The notes under the pieces are model-generated. The model was not told the origin of the DNA. It did no database searches and saw nothing but the letters and a program-made list of their open reading frames with translations. 64,000 nucleotides of DNA from Luminiphilus sp. (lineage in GTDB: Bacteria; Pseudomonadota; Gammaproteobacteria; Pseudomonadales; Halieaceae): positions 67,604-131,603 of the forward strand of contig DAIRTN010000004.1 in the NCBI GenBank assembly GCA_036803865.1. Direction: 5' to 3'. Position numbers and translations under genes: made by a program. Shown in pieces: positions 23,863-34,001 of this stretch (its first letter is position 1; every line of letters starts with the position of its first letter).

Positions 23863-24240
23863 TTACTTAAGCTCGACGCTACCGCCGGCTTCTTCAACTT
23901 GCTTCTTGATATCTTCCGCTTCGTCTTTAGAAGCGCCTTCCTTGATCGGGCCAGGTGCGCCGTCAACAAGGCCTTTCGCTTCTTTCAGACCGAGACCAGT
24001 GATCGCGCGAACGACCTTGATCACGTTTACTTTCTTCTCGCCGCCTGAAGTCAGGATAACATCAAATTCAGTTTGCTCAGCCGCAGCAGCAGTATCGCCA
24101 CCTGCAGCAGCAGGTGCCGCAGCTACAGCAGCAGCTGCAGTTACACCGAATTTCTCTTCCATCGCTTCGATCAAGCCTACGATGTCCATAACGCTCATTT
24201 CAGCAATCGCGTCAAGGATCTCTTCTTTTGAAAGTGCCAT
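23863..24240 (-). CDS. rplL: 50S ribosomal protein L7/L12
   Basis: 125 aa with an Ala-rich hinge ([14 protein letters not shown]) and the C-terminal domain [15 protein letters not shown]. Confidence 0.97.
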   Translation of the reverse strand: MALSKEEILDAIAEMSVMDIVGLIEAMEEKFGVTAAAAVAAAPAAAGGDTAAAAEQTEFDVILTSGGEKKVNVIKVVRAITGLGLKEAKGLVDGAPGPIKEGASKDEAEDIKKQVEEAGGSVELK

Positions 24241-24285
24241 CTGTAAATCTCCTAATGAAAAAGTATGGGAACAGGATTACCGCGC

Positions 24286-24816
24286 TTACGCGGCCTGCTC
24301 CTTCTGGTCTCGAACCGCCGCAAGTGTACGTACCAACTTGCCAGGTACCTCGTTCATGGTCTGTACTAGCTTGGTTGCTGGGGCCAACATGGTTCCCATC
24401 AATATTGACAACGCTTGATCGCGCGTTGGCAGTTTCGCAAGTACATCCAGCTCACTGGCACCCAACAGCTGTCCACTGACAGACAGTGCTTTTACCTCGA
24501 ACTTATCGTTCGCCTTGGCAAAGTCCTTAAACAATCTCGCTGCTGCGCCCGGATCTTCCATTGAAAAACCGAACAGGGACGGGCCTACGAGTGTCTCGTT
24601 GACACACTCGTAGTCCGTTCCTTCAAGCGCACGCTTAGCCAATGTGTTACGCACAACGCGTAGATACACCTGGTTTTCGCGAGCACTTGCACGCAGGGCA
24701 GTCATGTCACTCACGCTAACGCCACGGGCGTCAGCAACTACGAGTGAAAGGGCACCGGCAGCGGTCTCGTTGACTTCGGCGACAATCGCCTTCTTTTCCT
24801 CGAGTCCAATAGCCAT
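24286..24816 (-). CDS. rplJ: 50S ribosomal protein L10
   Basis: 176 aa at the canonical position upstream of rplL. Confidence 0.95.
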   Translation of the reverse strand: MAIGLEEKKAIVAEVNETAAGALSLVVADARGVSVSDMTALRASARENQVYLRVVRNTLAKRALEGTDYECVNETLVGPSLFGFSMEDPGAAARLFKDFAKANDKFEVKALSVSGQLLGASELDVLAKLPTRDQALSILMGTMLAPATKLVQTMNEVPGKLVRTLAAVRDQKEQAA

Positions 24817-25086
24817 TGGTCTACTCCTGGATTAATAGTTATGGTGTCCGCAGCACGCTGCTTTCACCGCCCGTTGGTGAACGTTGTCACCATCTGCGTA
24901 GGTCCCATCCTAGACTGCGCGTCTGTTCTGGACATTAAGAAGCCCGAAAGCCCCTCCTACGGTCTTTGACAGCCTTCAGCGTTCCACACGGGCTAAAATT
25001 CCCACGCTTTTTCTAAAGACTTCAAAGTCGAATAAAGCCATGTAAGTACTGGCTTTACTCGCCGACGACCAAAGCCGTCAAACTGT
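24817..25086 (-). promoter_or_regulatory. rplJ (L10) leader region
   Basis: The 289-nt rplA-rplJ spacer is long. In gammaproteobacteria this spacer holds the L10 promoter and the L10(L12)4 autoregulatory leader. I could not define the structure or promoter by eye. Confidence 0.35.
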
Positions 25087-25102
25087 GGCGCCCGAGGGCG
25101 CC
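25087..25102 (-). terminator. Stable hairpin immediately after rplA (partial terminator or processing site)
   Basis: The RNA sense reads GGCGCC-CUCG-GGCGCC, 4 nt after the rplA stop. The U-tract is weak (ACAGUUUGACGGCUUU). Confidence 0.35.
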
Positions 25103-25105
25103 GAA

Positions 25106-25801
25106 TTAGATTTCGAGTGACGCGTGGTCGATCGTAACGCCGGGACCCATTGTTGTAGACAGGGTTACCTTACGGAGATACACGCCCTTCGACGCAGCAG
25201 GCTTGGCTTTCTTAAGATCGCTAAGAACCGCAACTAGGTTTCCTTTAATCGCATCGGCGTCGAAATTCACCTTACCAATACCACCATGGATGATGCCGTT
25301 CTTGTCCGTTCGGAAGCGAATCTGACCGGCCTTCGCATTCTTCACCGCACCTTCGATGTCCGGGGTAACAGTGCCGGTCTTAGGGTTTGGCATCAGACCG
25401 CGTGGGCCGAGGATTTGACCCAACTGACCCACAATGCGCATTGCATCGGGAGAAGCGACAACGACATCAAAGTCCATCATGCCGCCTTTAACTTCATCTG
25501 CAAGCTCATCCATACCAACAAAGTCTGCACCAGCCGCTTTGGCCTTCTCAGCGTTTTCGCCCTGAGTGAAAACTGCAACGCGAACCTCGGAGCCAGTCCC
25601 GTGTGGCAACGTAGTGGCACCACGGACACCCTGGTCCGATTTCCGTGCGTCGACACCCAGGTTGACTGCAATCTCTACTGTCTCGTTAAACTTAGCCGTA
25701 CCAAACTCTTTCAAAAGCGCGATTGCTTCATCTAATGGGTAAGATCGGTTTACATCTACTTTTTCACGGAATGCGCGCACGCGCTTAGACAACTTGGCCA
25801 T
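25106..25801 (-). CDS. rplA: 50S ribosomal protein L1
   Basis: The Met at 25801 gives [16 protein letters not shown], a typical L1 N-terminus (231 aa). The tracked 247-aa ORF would overlap rplK. Confidence 0.94.
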   Translation of the reverse strand: MAKLSKRVRAFREKVDVNRSYPLDEAIALLKEFGTAKFNETVEIAVNLGVDARKSDQGVRGATTLPHGTGSEVRVAVFTQGENAEKAKAAGADFVGMDELADEVKGGMMDFDVVVASPDAMRIVGQLGQILGPRGLMPNPKTGTVTPDIEGAVKNAKAGQIRFRTDKNGIIHGGIGKVNFDADAIKGNLVAVLSDLKKAKPAASKGVYLRKVTLSTTMGPGVTIDHASLEI

Positions 25802-25805
25802 CCGA

Positions 25806-26234
25806 TCAACCCTCCACATCGATGCCAGCAGAGCGAGCGCTGCCAGCAATAGTTCTTACAGCAGCATCCATATCTGCGGCTGTTAAATCAGGCCACTTCT
25901 GGGTAGCAATATCTTCCAACTGAGCACGAGTCACCTTGCCCACCTTCTCGGTGTTGGGACGACCAGAACCGCTCTTAATACCCAGTGTCTTCTTCAACAA
26001 GACAGCAGCTGGAGGCGTCTTCTGAATAAAAGTGAACGACTTATCACTATAAACAGTGATAACAACAGGTGTAGGTAAGCCAGGCTCAAGGTTCTGCGTA
26101 GCGGCATTAAACGCCTTACAGAATTCCATGATATTAACGCCTTTCTGACCCAACGCAGGACCAACCGGCGGACTTGGGTTCGCCTGTCCGGCGGGGATTT
26201 GCAGCTTAATATAGCCGTCAATCTTCTTAGCCAT
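25806..26234 (-). CDS. rplK: 50S ribosomal protein L11
   Basis: 142 aa with N-terminus [30 protein letters not shown]. Confidence 0.97.
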   Translation of the reverse strand: MAKKIDGYIKLQIPAGQANPSPPVGPALGQKGVNIMEFCKAFNAATQNLEPGLPTPVVITVYSDKSFTFIQKTPPAAVLLKKTLGIKSGSGRPNTEKVGKVTRAQLEDIATQKWPDLTAADMDAAVRTIAGSARSAGIDVEG

Positions 26235-26346
26235 GATAATCTCCCGGGTTCAAACGCTGCTCGCACCTCACGGTCTTACAGCTCCCCATTGTGGCCGCCT
26301 AAGCAGCTCGCACATTTATTGCCTCCCCAAAAGGAAGCACAACTAA

Positions 26347-26880
26347 TCAAGCCTTTTCGACCTGACCAAATTCTAATTCGACCGGTGTAGAACGGCCAAA
26401 AATCAATACCGCTACATTCAATCGACTTTTCTCGTAGTTAACGTCTTCCACTACGCCGTTAAAATCATTGAACGGCCCGTCAATAACGCGAACCATCTCA
26501 CCGGGCTCGAACATCGTCTTGGGCTTAGGCTGATCAACACCCGCTTCAACACGCTGCAATATAGCGTTAGCTTCTTTCTCAGTGATTGGAGCAGGCTTGT
26601 CAGCCTTACCGCCAATAAATCCAAGAACTCGCGGTGTTTCTTTCACCAAATGCCAAGTTTCGTCATCAAGCTCCATCTGAACCAACACGTAGCCTGGAAA
26701 GAACTTGCGCTCACTTTTACGTTTTTGTCCGGCTTTCATCTCCACTACCTCTTCGGTAGGAACAATGATCTCGCCAAATCGATCTTCCATTGAGTGACGC
26801 TCAATACGCTCTTTCAGCGCAACCGCCACCTTCTTCTCATACTGAGAGAACGCGTGTACCACATACCAACGCATAGCCAT
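26347..26880 (-). CDS. nusG: Transcription termination/antitermination factor NusG
   Basis: The ATG at 26880 gives [18 protein letters not shown], with AGGAGAGG upstream. 177 aa with a C-terminal KOW domain. The tracked 250-aa ORF is an extension into secE. Confidence 0.95.
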   Translation of the reverse strand: MAMRWYVVHAFSQYEKKVAVALKERIERHSMEDRFGEIIVPTEEVVEMKAGQKRKSERKFFPGYVLVQMELDDETWHLVKETPRVLGFIGGKADKPAPITEKEANAILQRVEAGVDQPKPKTMFEPGEMVRVIDGPFNDFNGVVEDVNYEKSRLNVAVLIFGRSTPVELEFGQVEKA

Positions 26881-26891
26881 GTCGTCCTCTC

Positions 26892-27257
26892 CTAACCTAT
26901 AGCCATGGACACAAGCCAGCCCAGCAGACTGTCCATTGCCCATAAAATCAACGCCATCACAAACACAAAGGCCACAACAATCATGGTGGTTTGAGTGGTC
27001 TCTTGTCGCGTCGGCCAAATCACCTTGCGAATCTCTGTTCTTGAGCCTTTTACCAGCTGCCAGAACGCACCACCCCGCACGGTGGTTGATGCGATCCAAC
27101 CCGCAACGATCGCCAGCACCAATAGCGCAATAACGCGATACAGGAGCGACTGATCCGAATAATAGCTATTACCGATTACCCCAGCGGCAATCAGCAAAAT
27201 CGCTATACCCCACTTAAGGGGATCAAGCCGGCTTACAGCGGCTTCACTCATGTTCAT
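26892..27257 (-). CDS. secE: Preprotein translocase subunit SecE
   Basis: 121-aa membrane ORF with 3 TM segments, immediately upstream of nusG. Confidence 0.9.
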   Translation of the reverse strand: MNMSEAAVSRLDPLKWGIAILLIAAGVIGNSYYSDQSLLYRVIALLVLAIVAGWIASTTVRGGAFWQLVKGSRTEIRKVIWPTRQETTQTTMIVVAFVFVMALILWAMDSLLGWLVSMAIG

Positions 27258-27311
27258 TCCCTTCTTCAGGCGAAAACACAGCCTGTTACCCCCATCTTTC
27301 TACCAGAAAGA

Positions 27312-27387
<76 letters not shown>

Positions 27388-27402
27388 TCTATTTCTGACC
27401 GC

Positions 27403-27492
27403 CTCTGACTCATAATAATCAGAGACAACGAAGCCGAACCCCCTTTACCGGCGGTTCGGCTCGACGCTCGAAGACAGCTTTCGGCTGTCTTC
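27403..27492 (-). terminator. Three consecutive hairpins downstream of tufB
   Basis: In the RNA sense: GAAGACAGC-CGAAA-GCTGTCTTC (27492-27470), GCCGAACC-12 nt-GGTTCGGC (27460-27433), and CTCTGA-10 nt-TCAGAG (27424-27403). None has a clean U-tract. Confidence 0.35.
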
Positions 27493-27506
27493 GCACCTAC
27501 CGAGGT

Positions 27507-28730
27507 TTACTCGATAATTTTTGCGACAACGCCGGCGCCGACTGTTCGGCCGCCTTCGCGGATAGCAAAACGCAGTCCGTCTTCCATCGCAATCGGTGCA
27601 ATCAACGTAGCAACAATATTCACGTTGTCGCCAGGCATGACCATCTCGACACCCTCAGGTAACTCAACAGCACCCGTTACGTCAGTCGTACGGAAGTAAA
27701 ACTGCGGACGGTAGCCCTTGAAGAATGGCGTGTGACGACCACCTTCATCTTTCGACAATACGTAAACTTCCGCCTCAAACGTCGTGTGCGGCTGTACAGA
27801 TCCAGGAATAGCCAGTACCTGTCCACGCTCAACGTCATCACGCTTAGTACCACGCAACAACACACCAACGTTCTCGCCCGCACGACCTTCGTCAAGCAGC
27901 TTGCGGAACATCTCAACACCGGTACACGTCGTTCTCTGAGTATCGCGGATACCAATAATCTCGATCTCGTCGCCCACCTTAACAATGCCTCGCTCAACAC
28001 GACCGGTTACCACCGTACCGCGACCTGAGATCGAGAACACGTCCTCAACAGGCATCAAGAAAGGCTGGTCAATCGCACGCTCGGGCTCTGGAATGTAAGT
28101 ATCCAGTGCCTCTACCAACGCCGCTACTGCAGTAGTACCCAAACCATTCTCATCTTGGCCATTCAACGCCATCAGCGCTGAACCACAGATGATCGGCGTA
28201 TCGTCACCAGGGAAATCGTAGGTATCGAGCAGCTCACGCAGCTCCATTTCAACCAACTCTTTCATCTCTTCGAATTCTTCAGTGTCTACACCACCGCAGT
28301 CTTCCGCAAGCAAGTCAGCCTTGTTCAAGAAAACAACAATGTAAGGTACACCTACCTGACGTGACAGCAAGATGTGCTCTCGTGTCTGTGGCATAGGACC
28401 ATCGGTCGCACCACAAACCAAAATAGCTCCGTCCATCTGCGCCGCACCCGTGATCATGTTCTTCACGTAGTCCGCGTGTCCAGGACAGTCAACGTGCGCG
28501 TAGTGACGAATGCTTGATTCGTACTCAACGTGCGACGTCGCAATCGTGATTCCGCGCTCTCGCTCTTCGGGCGCATTATCAATCCCGTCAAACGCTACCG
28601 CTGTACCACCAAATACTTCCGCGCAAACACGGGTCAACGCCGCTGTCAGCGTCGTCTTACCGTGGTCTACGTGCCCAATCGTTCCCACGTTGACGTGGGG
28701 CTTCGAACGCTCAAATGATTCCTTCGACAT
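27507..28730 (-). CDS. tufB: Elongation factor Tu, copy downstream of the tRNA genes
   Basis: 407 aa, identical to the tufA product. It has an ATG start (cat at 28728-28730), with GGAGAAAAGG upstream. Confidence 0.97.
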   Translation of the reverse strand: MSKESFERSKPHVNVGTIGHVDHGKTTLTAALTRVCAEVFGGTAVAFDGIDNAPEERERGITIATSHVEYESSIRHYAHVDCPGHADYVKNMITGAAQMDGAILVCGATDGPMPQTREHILLSRQVGVPYIVVFLNKADLLAEDCGGVDTEEFEEMKELVEMELRELLDTYDFPGDDTPIICGSALMALNGQDENGLGTTAVAALVEALDTYIPEPERAIDQPFLMPVEDVFSISGRGTVVTGRVERGIVKVGDEIEIIGIRDTQRTTCTGVEMFRKLLDEGRAGENVGVLLRGTKRDDVERGQVLAIPGSVQPHTTFEAEVYVLSKDEGGRHTPFFKGYRPQFYFRTTDVTGAVELPEGVEMVMPGDNVNIVATLIAPIAMEDGLRFAIREGGRTVGAGVVAKIIE

Positions 28731-28850
28731 GTCGACCTTTTCTCCTGAAGCAATTCAGGGCGCGCTAACTGACGCCTGTTTTTCTGTTTTTTTCATGCAG
28801 CCAACACCTGCTGACTGCGACTAATACCAGCACCGCCATGGCGCTGAAAC

Positions 28851-28926
<76 letters not shown>

Positions 28927-28944
28927 AAAACTGCTGCTATTTAA

Positions 28945-29018
<74 letters not shown>

Positions 29019-29093
29019 TTGAACCCACTTACCCTTCAAGTCGCGCCGATCCCTGTTACCCCGAATCGTGCAGTTCAGGGCTGTGTAAAACTA

Positions 29094-29177
29094 TGGTGGC
29101 GGGAGGTGGATTCGAACCACCGAAGCTTTCGCGTCAGATTTACAGTCTGATCCCTTTGGCCACTCGGGAACCCCTCC
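29094..29177 (-). tRNA. tRNA-Tyr (anticodon GTA), long variable arm
   Basis: The minus strand reads GGAGGGGTTCCCGAGTGGCCAAAGGGATCAGACTGTAAATCTGACGCGAAAGCTTCGGTGGTTCGAATCCACCTCCCGCCACCA. There is one A3:G70 acceptor mismatch. Confidence 0.9.
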
Positions 29178-29189
29178 AAGAGGGCGCAT

Positions 29190-29250
29190 ATTCTCTTGAC
29201 GTCAACCCATGATGTCAACTGCTTTTAACAGTTAATTTTTTACCTTGGCG
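29190..29250 (-). promoter_or_regulatory. Sigma70 promoter of the tRNA-Tyr/Gly/Thr-tufB operon, with an A/T-rich UP-like element
   Basis: The minus strand reads TTGACA (29218-29213), a 17-nt spacer, then GAGAAT (29195-29190), then the GC-rich discriminator atgcgccctc just before the tRNA-Tyr 5' end (29177). Upstream lies TAAAAAATTAACTGTTAAAAGCAG. Confidence 0.6.
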
Positions 29251-29299
29251 GGAGGGGGGGCGCTTTGCACGAACTCGGCAGGCAGTCTGATCGACAAGT

Positions 29300-29362
29300 T
29301 GACCGGCGCAAGCCAGGATTTTACAGGCGCAAGCCGCTACTTTACAGGCGCAAGCCGCCGTC
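29300..29362. repeat. Three imperfect tandem copies of a 21-nt unit (core GGCGCAAGCC at 29305, 29326, 29347)
   Basis: Exact 18-nt duplicate TTTACAGGCGCAAGCCGC at 29320-29337 and 29341-29358, plus a third degenerate copy upstream. The last copy encodes the SDR C-terminus and stop codon. Confidence 0.9.
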
Positions 29363-30103
29363 AACCTCGAAGACCCGCCCTGAAATATAGTCGTTTTCGA
29401 AGATGGTAATCGCCATCTGAGCAATCTCATCGGGCTGGCCCAAGCGCTTGATAGGAATACCCGCCGCCATTTTCTCGAGGGCCTCAGGCTTCATACCCAT
29501 AACCATTTCAGTCGCGATAAAACCTGGGGCGATAGCGCCTGCTCTTATCCCATAGCGGGCGAGCTCCTTGGCCCACGTCACCGCCATCGCCGCGACACCC
29601 GATTTTGCCGCTGAATAATTGGTCTGGCCGAAATTTCCAGCCTTAGAAATACTCGAAATATTGACGATAACGCCCTCGGACCCTGACTCGATCATCCGGG
29701 CCGCAGCCTCGCGGCCACACAAGAAAACACCTGTCAGATTAACGTCAATGACCATTTGCCATTGCGCGAGGCTCATTTTGTCGACCACTTGCCCATCTTT
29801 AACTTTAAGCATCAATCCGTCGCGAGTAATGCCCGCATTATTGATCAGCCCGTTGAGCTGACCAAAGGTATCGACGATGGCTGCGAAAGTTTGCGTGACA
29901 CTCTCTTCATCAGCGACGTTGGTAGTAAACGTCGCAACGCTGGCACCTGCCTCGGTAAGCTCAGCCTTGGCACTCTCGAGGACATCATTATTGATATCAA
30001 TAAGGGCAAGCTTTGCGCCGCGAGCAGCAAAAGCGCGCGCCATGGACAAACCTAGCCCTTGCGCGCCACCAGTAATAGCGACAACTTTTTCGTTTAAATC
30101 CAT
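29342..30103 (-). CDS. Short-chain dehydrogenase/reductase (FabG-like 3-oxoacyl reductase family)
   Basis: 253 aa with the N-terminal TGGAQGLG Rossmann motif, NNAG, and catalytic S...YSAAK. GGAG lies 6 nt upstream of the ATG. Confidence 0.88.
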   Translation of the reverse strand: MDLNEKVVAITGGAQGLGLSMARAFAARGAKLALIDINNDVLESAKAELTEAGASVATFTTNVADEESVTQTFAAIVDTFGQLNGLINNAGITRDGLMLKVKDGQVVDKMSLAQWQMVIDVNLTGVFLCGREAAARMIESGSEGVIVNISSISKAGNFGQTNYSAAKSGVAAMAVTWAKELARYGIRAGAIAPGFIATEMVMGMKPEALEKMAAGIPIKRLGQPDEIAQMAITIFENDYISGRVFEVDGGLRL

Positions 30104-30120
30104 GATGAACTCCGAAAAAT

Positions 30121-30196
30121 TGGAGCTGGCGAGAGGAATCGAACCCCCGACCGGCTGATTACAAATCAGCTGCTCTACCTACTGAGCTACGCCAGC
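30121..30196 (-). tRNA. tRNA-Thr (anticodon TGT)
   Basis: On the minus strand the acceptor is GCTGGCG/CGCCAGC, the anticodon arm is GCTGA-TTTGTAA-TCAGC, and the 3' end is CCA. Confidence 0.92.
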
Positions 30197-30264
30197 TTCG
30201 CGCGGTGCTCCAAGAATGGGGCTACCGGAAAGGTTGCGAATAATGTCGATATCTTGCGCCGAGG

Positions 30265-31008
30265 TCAAGCCTCTAATGCGACTAATGCGCGAATTACTAA
30301 CCCCTCAAGGACCAAGTGAGGACGAAACTCACCATTTAACCCCAAAGTTACCAAGGCTTCGCCTCCGCCGCCGGCAAGGACAAGCTCATGGGCCGGATGA
30401 TTCGACATAGCTAGTCGCACGGCACCCACTGCGGCGAGCCATAAGCCACTAGTAACGCATTGTGCTGTCGATTGCCCCGGATCAAGCGATTGATAGGCCC
30501 CGTCGGAAAAACGCACGCGCTGCGTATCTCGCGTCAACGCACGCTCCATGAGCTGCACTCCCGGCAAGATATAGCCGCCCTCATGGCGACCATCGGCCGA
30601 CACGACATCAATCGTCAAAGCGGTGCCCACATCCACCACCAACAACGCACCTTCCCTTTGATAACGAGCCGCGAGCATTGCAAGCCAGCGGTCAACGCCC
30701 ATTGTTTCCGCCGCCGCATAGCTATTAACGAGGCCACACTCGACCGCCGCTGCCGGCTCAGCAACAACGTGCTGCCACCCTTCACGCTGCAGGGCTTCGA
30801 TTAACTCCCGGTCAAATGCCGATCCTGCCACGCTCGACATCCATACAGGCAAAAGGTCCACTGCATTCCGGCGAAGATCATCGAGCAATGCTTGTGCCGT
30901 GCGCTCGCAACGGTACACAGCATCAAACGATAACGGGGTAGTAACGTCAGCTACAGCCCATTTAATGCTGCTGTTTCCAACATCAATCACCAAACAATAG
31001 ATTGCCAT
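30265..31008 (-). CDS. coaX: Type III pantothenate kinase
   Basis: 247 aa with an N-terminal LVIDVGNSSIKWAV phosphate-1 motif. It follows birA directly (TAAATG junction), as in Pseudomonas-type genomes. Confidence 0.88.
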   Translation of the reverse strand: MAIYCLVIDVGNSSIKWAVADVTTPLSFDAVYRCERTAQALLDDLRRNAVDLLPVWMSSVAGSAFDRELIEALQREGWQHVVAEPAAAVECGLVNSYAAAETMGVDRWLAMLAARYQREGALLVVDVGTALTIDVVSADGRHEGGYILPGVQLMERALTRDTQRVRFSDGAYQSLDPGQSTAQCVTSGLWLAAVGAVRLAMSNHPAHELVLAGGGGEALVTLGLNGEFRPHLVLEGLVIRALVALEA

Positions 31009-31965
31009 TTAAGTTGCCTTCCTCTGCGGCCTTAAGCTTGCATCGCCGCCATTGATTACGCGTACCACACCTTTATCATCAAGTAATAGTGCACCCGTAT
31101 CACTGACCCCAAGAGCAATTCCGTGTCCGCCTGCAGTGCCACTCACGGCGACAAACTGGCCTTTAAACAAATCCCGTTGCTGCCATCTTTCGCGCCAAGC
31201 AGAAAAACCCGTCGCAGGATAATCGCGCAATACAGCGACGAGTGCCTCGAGCATAGTTGCAGCCACGTCATTGCGCGTAAAACTGCCCTTAACAACCGAA
31301 TCAATAGAACTCCAGGCCTGGTCAATCTGCTCTGCGGCGCCAGTAGGCATTTGCAGATTAAGGCCCACGCCGACGACCACAGTACAGGCATTGACTAGGT
31401 CACCGGTGACGTCAATCAACACACCACCGCACTTGGCGCCGTTTATATAGAGATCGTTGGGCCATTTAAGCTCTAATGCTGCACCAAAGCGATGCTCAAG
31501 GGCATCGGCTATGGCTGCGCCCACGGCCAAACTCAATCCCTGCAGAGCCTCGACACCGATTGCATATTGCCAGCCAATCGATAAATACACGTTTCGAGCA
31601 ACAGGACTCACCCAACGACGTCCTAAACGTCCACGACCCGCCGTTTGACACTCAGCGAGCACCGCTGTGCGATGAATCGATGTCTCCTGCGCACGCTGCA
31701 GGAGCTCATCGTTTGTCGACGGCGTCTCCACAACGACCTCAAGCGCCACTTCCGTACTTCCAGAGATCAGCTGCGGCTGTAACCATTCAACAGGCTCCGA
31801 TAAAAACAAAACGCCGTCACTTTCGACAATAGTGAACCCATCACTTCGAAGCGCCAATAGCCAGTCTTCAAGCTGCAAAGGCGTTGTTTCCAGCGCCGTC
31901 GCGAGAGCATCGCGGGACCGAGCGGACGGCTGATCGATTAACTTGAGCAAATGGGACGCTGACAT
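31009..31965 (-). CDS. birA: Bifunctional biotin-[acetyl-CoA-carboxylase] ligase / biotin operon repressor
   Basis: 318 aa with an N-terminal wHTH-like region and the GRGRLGRRW biotin-ligase signature. Confidence 0.9.
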   Translation of the reverse strand: MSASHLLKLIDQPSARSRDALATALETTPLQLEDWLLALRSDGFTIVESDGVLFLSEPVEWLQPQLISGSTEVALEVVVETPSTNDELLQRAQETSIHRTAVLAECQTAGRGRLGRRWVSPVARNVYLSIGWQYAIGVEALQGLSLAVGAAIADALEHRFGAALELKWPNDLYINGAKCGGVLIDVTGDLVNACTVVVGVGLNLQMPTGAAEQIDQAWSSIDSVVKGSFTRNDVAATMLEALVAVLRDYPATGFSAWRERWQQRDLFKGQFVAVSGTAGGHGIALGVSDTGALLLDDKGVVRVINGGDASLRPQRKAT

Positions 31966-32052
31966 ATGGCGCAGTGTAATGCAAAATCAGAGGGTAGAGA
32001 CTAATCCACTCACCCATACAAGCCTCAAGGATTGAGACTTGGAGTATGACCC

Positions 32053-32424
32053 ATGCCAGCCGAGCCCGTGGAGAATCTAAAACACGACTACTTTTTCATC
32101 GGACAAGTAGCCAGATTGCTGTCGATGCTCTTAGCGCTCGCAGCAGGAGGCCTTCACGTTGCGACGCTCTGGCAACACCCTCTCTCTCTGGACGTCATTC
32201 TAGACGTGGGCAGAGGCATTACATTATTACTTTTAGCAATGGGTTTGATGGGTACCGCGCGGCTTAGCCTTATTTTGGCAATATTATTCTGTTCCACGTC
32301 ACTGCTAAATATTGGAACCCCCACTGATCTCTCTCGCCTGGTATCCATCATCGAAGTTGCGCTAATCATTTTAGCAACGGTCGCGCTGTTCCTTCCAACC
32401 GTCCAAAGACAGGATACGCCGTGA
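32053..32424 (+). CDS. Small hydrophobic membrane protein (3-4 predicted TM segments), function unknown
   Basis: 123 aa. GGAG lies 8 nt upstream of the ATG at 32053. Its stop overlaps the GTG start of the next gene (GTGA). Confidence 0.6.
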   Translation: MPAEPVENLKHDYFFIGQVARLLSMLLALAAGGLHVATLWQHPLSLDVILDVGRGITLLLLAMGLMGTARLSLILAILFCSTSLLNIGTPTDLSRLVSIIEVALIILATVALFLPTVQRQDTP

Positions 32425-34001
32425 TCATCGTAGAGCCTTTTATCATTCTCGTAGCCCTGCTGTGCGGCATGGCCAGTCGGGCGATCGGCTTTCCCGCGCT
32501 GATCGGCTATCTCACCGCAGGCTTTGTATTGCACGAATTCAATATGAACAGTGGGCCACTGCTCGAAACTCTGGCTGAACTCGGCATCACCCTATTACTA
32601 TTTACCATTGGCTTAAAACTAGAACCCAAAAAATTGTTAGAGACAAAAGTTTGGGGAACGACGCTTATACACATGGCGGTAACACAGCTGGCAGTCTTTC
32701 TGCTTCTAATAGGCCTCGCCACAGCCCTACCCGCTTTCGACCTTACCGTTACCGGCGCTGCGATTATTGCCTTCGGATTGACGTTTTCTAGTACCGTTTT
32801 TGTTATTCAAACCATGGAAGAGCGAGGCGAGGTGCAATCGAGCCACGCCATATTGGCAATTGGCATCCTTATTGTTCAAGACCTCGTCGCCGTCGGCTTT
32901 CTCGCTATTGCGGCCGGTAAAGTCCCGACTTGGTACGCACTCGGTATGCTCTTGATTATCCCCCTACGGCCACTCATTCTCCGATTGCTCACTGTTGCAG
33001 GCTACGGGGAGCTGCTCACCCTGCTGGGCTTAGCACTCGCGATAGGCTCAGCACAGTTATCCGAATCAGTGGGTATGAAAGGTGACGTAGGCGCGCTCAT
33101 TGTAGGGGCCGTCCTCGCCGGGCATCCAAAGTCAAAAGCAATGGGTAATAACCTTGCTCAACTGAAAGACCTCTTTTTAGTTGGGTTTTTCCTGTCAATT
33201 GGTCTGGGGGGATGGCCGTCGACAACACTGATCGTCGTCGCCGTAGCTATCGGCCTACTCGCGACCGTAAAGCCCCTGCTTTATTTCCCTCTGATGACTC
33301 GGTTCCATACGAGCCCAAGAACAGCGGTATTAGCATCTGGGGCTCTGGCCAACCACAGTGAGTTTGGCTTAATCGTCATCTCTGTTGCCGCTGCAATGAA
33401 CTGGGTGGACACGGAATGGAGCGCGGCGCTGTCCATTGCGGTCGCGGTGAGCTTTGTCGTTGCGGCACCGATAAACAAAGCCACCCACGAGATTTATCGC
33501 AAGCATCGCGACAAGCTGCTCAGCTTCCAGTCCCCAACACTGACCGACAGCTACGAACCTACGGACAATGTCAGCGTCGTCATTTTGGGTATGGGCCGCG
33601 TTGGAACAGGGGCCTATGAGTCCCTAGCGCCCAAGTGGGGACGACGTGTTCTCGGTGTAGAAGCATTGGAGCGACGGGTCACGGAACATCTCACTGAGCA
33701 GAGACGTGTTATCAATGCCGACGCATCAGATCCAGATTTTTGGTTCCGACTCAATCTTGATGATGTGCACCTCGTGATGCTCGCGCTCACTAATCACCCC
33801 GAAAACATGCTTGTCGCGGACTTATTACGCAGCATGGGTTACAAAGGCGAACTCGCTGCAGTAGTCCGCTACGAGGGCCATGCCGATGAAATGCGTGAGG
33901 CTGGTATTTCAGCGTTTAATCTATATGCCCAAGCCGGAACCGGCTTCGCTGCCCACGCAGCCAAGCTACTGTCAAATAAAGATCCTCAGAGAACGAAATG
34001 A
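32421..34001 (+). CDS. Cation:proton antiporter (CPA2, Kef/YbaL type) with a C-terminal RCK/TrkA-N domain
   Basis: 526 aa with about 11 TM segments, then VVILGMGRVGTGAYESL (a GxGxxG Rossmann motif). Confidence 0.85.
   Translation: MIIVEPFIILVALLCGMASRAIGFPALIGYLTAGFVLHEFNMNSGPLLETLAELGITLLLFTIGLKLEPKKLLETKVWGTTLIHMAVTQLAVFLLLIGLATALPAFDLTVTGAAIIAFGLTFSSTVFVIQTMEERGEVQSSHAILAIGILIVQDLVAVGFLAIAAGKVPTWYALGMLLIIPLRPLILRLLTVAGYGELLTLLGLALAIGSAQLSESVGMKGDVGALIVGAVLAGHPKSKAMGNNLAQLKDLFLVGFFLSIGLGGWPSTTLIVVAVAIGLLATVKPLLYFPLMTRFHTSPRTAVLASGALANHSEFGLIVISVAAAMNWVDTEWSAALSIAVAVSFVVAAPINKATHEIYRKHRDKLLSFQSPTLTDSYEPTDNVSVVILGMGRVGTGAYESLAPKWGRRVLGVEALERRVTEHLTEQRRVINADASDPDFWFRLNLDDVHLVMLALTNHPENMLVADLLRSMGYKGELAAVVRYEGHADEMREAGISAFNLYAQAGTGFAAHAAKLLSNKDPQRTK

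Noticed and set aside
29215-29430. 71-aa minus-strand ORF containing the repeat [18 protein letters not shown].
   Set aside because: The peptide repeat is simply the 21-nt DNA tandem repeat read in another frame. The ORF also overlaps the SDR 3' end and the tRNA promoter/UP region.
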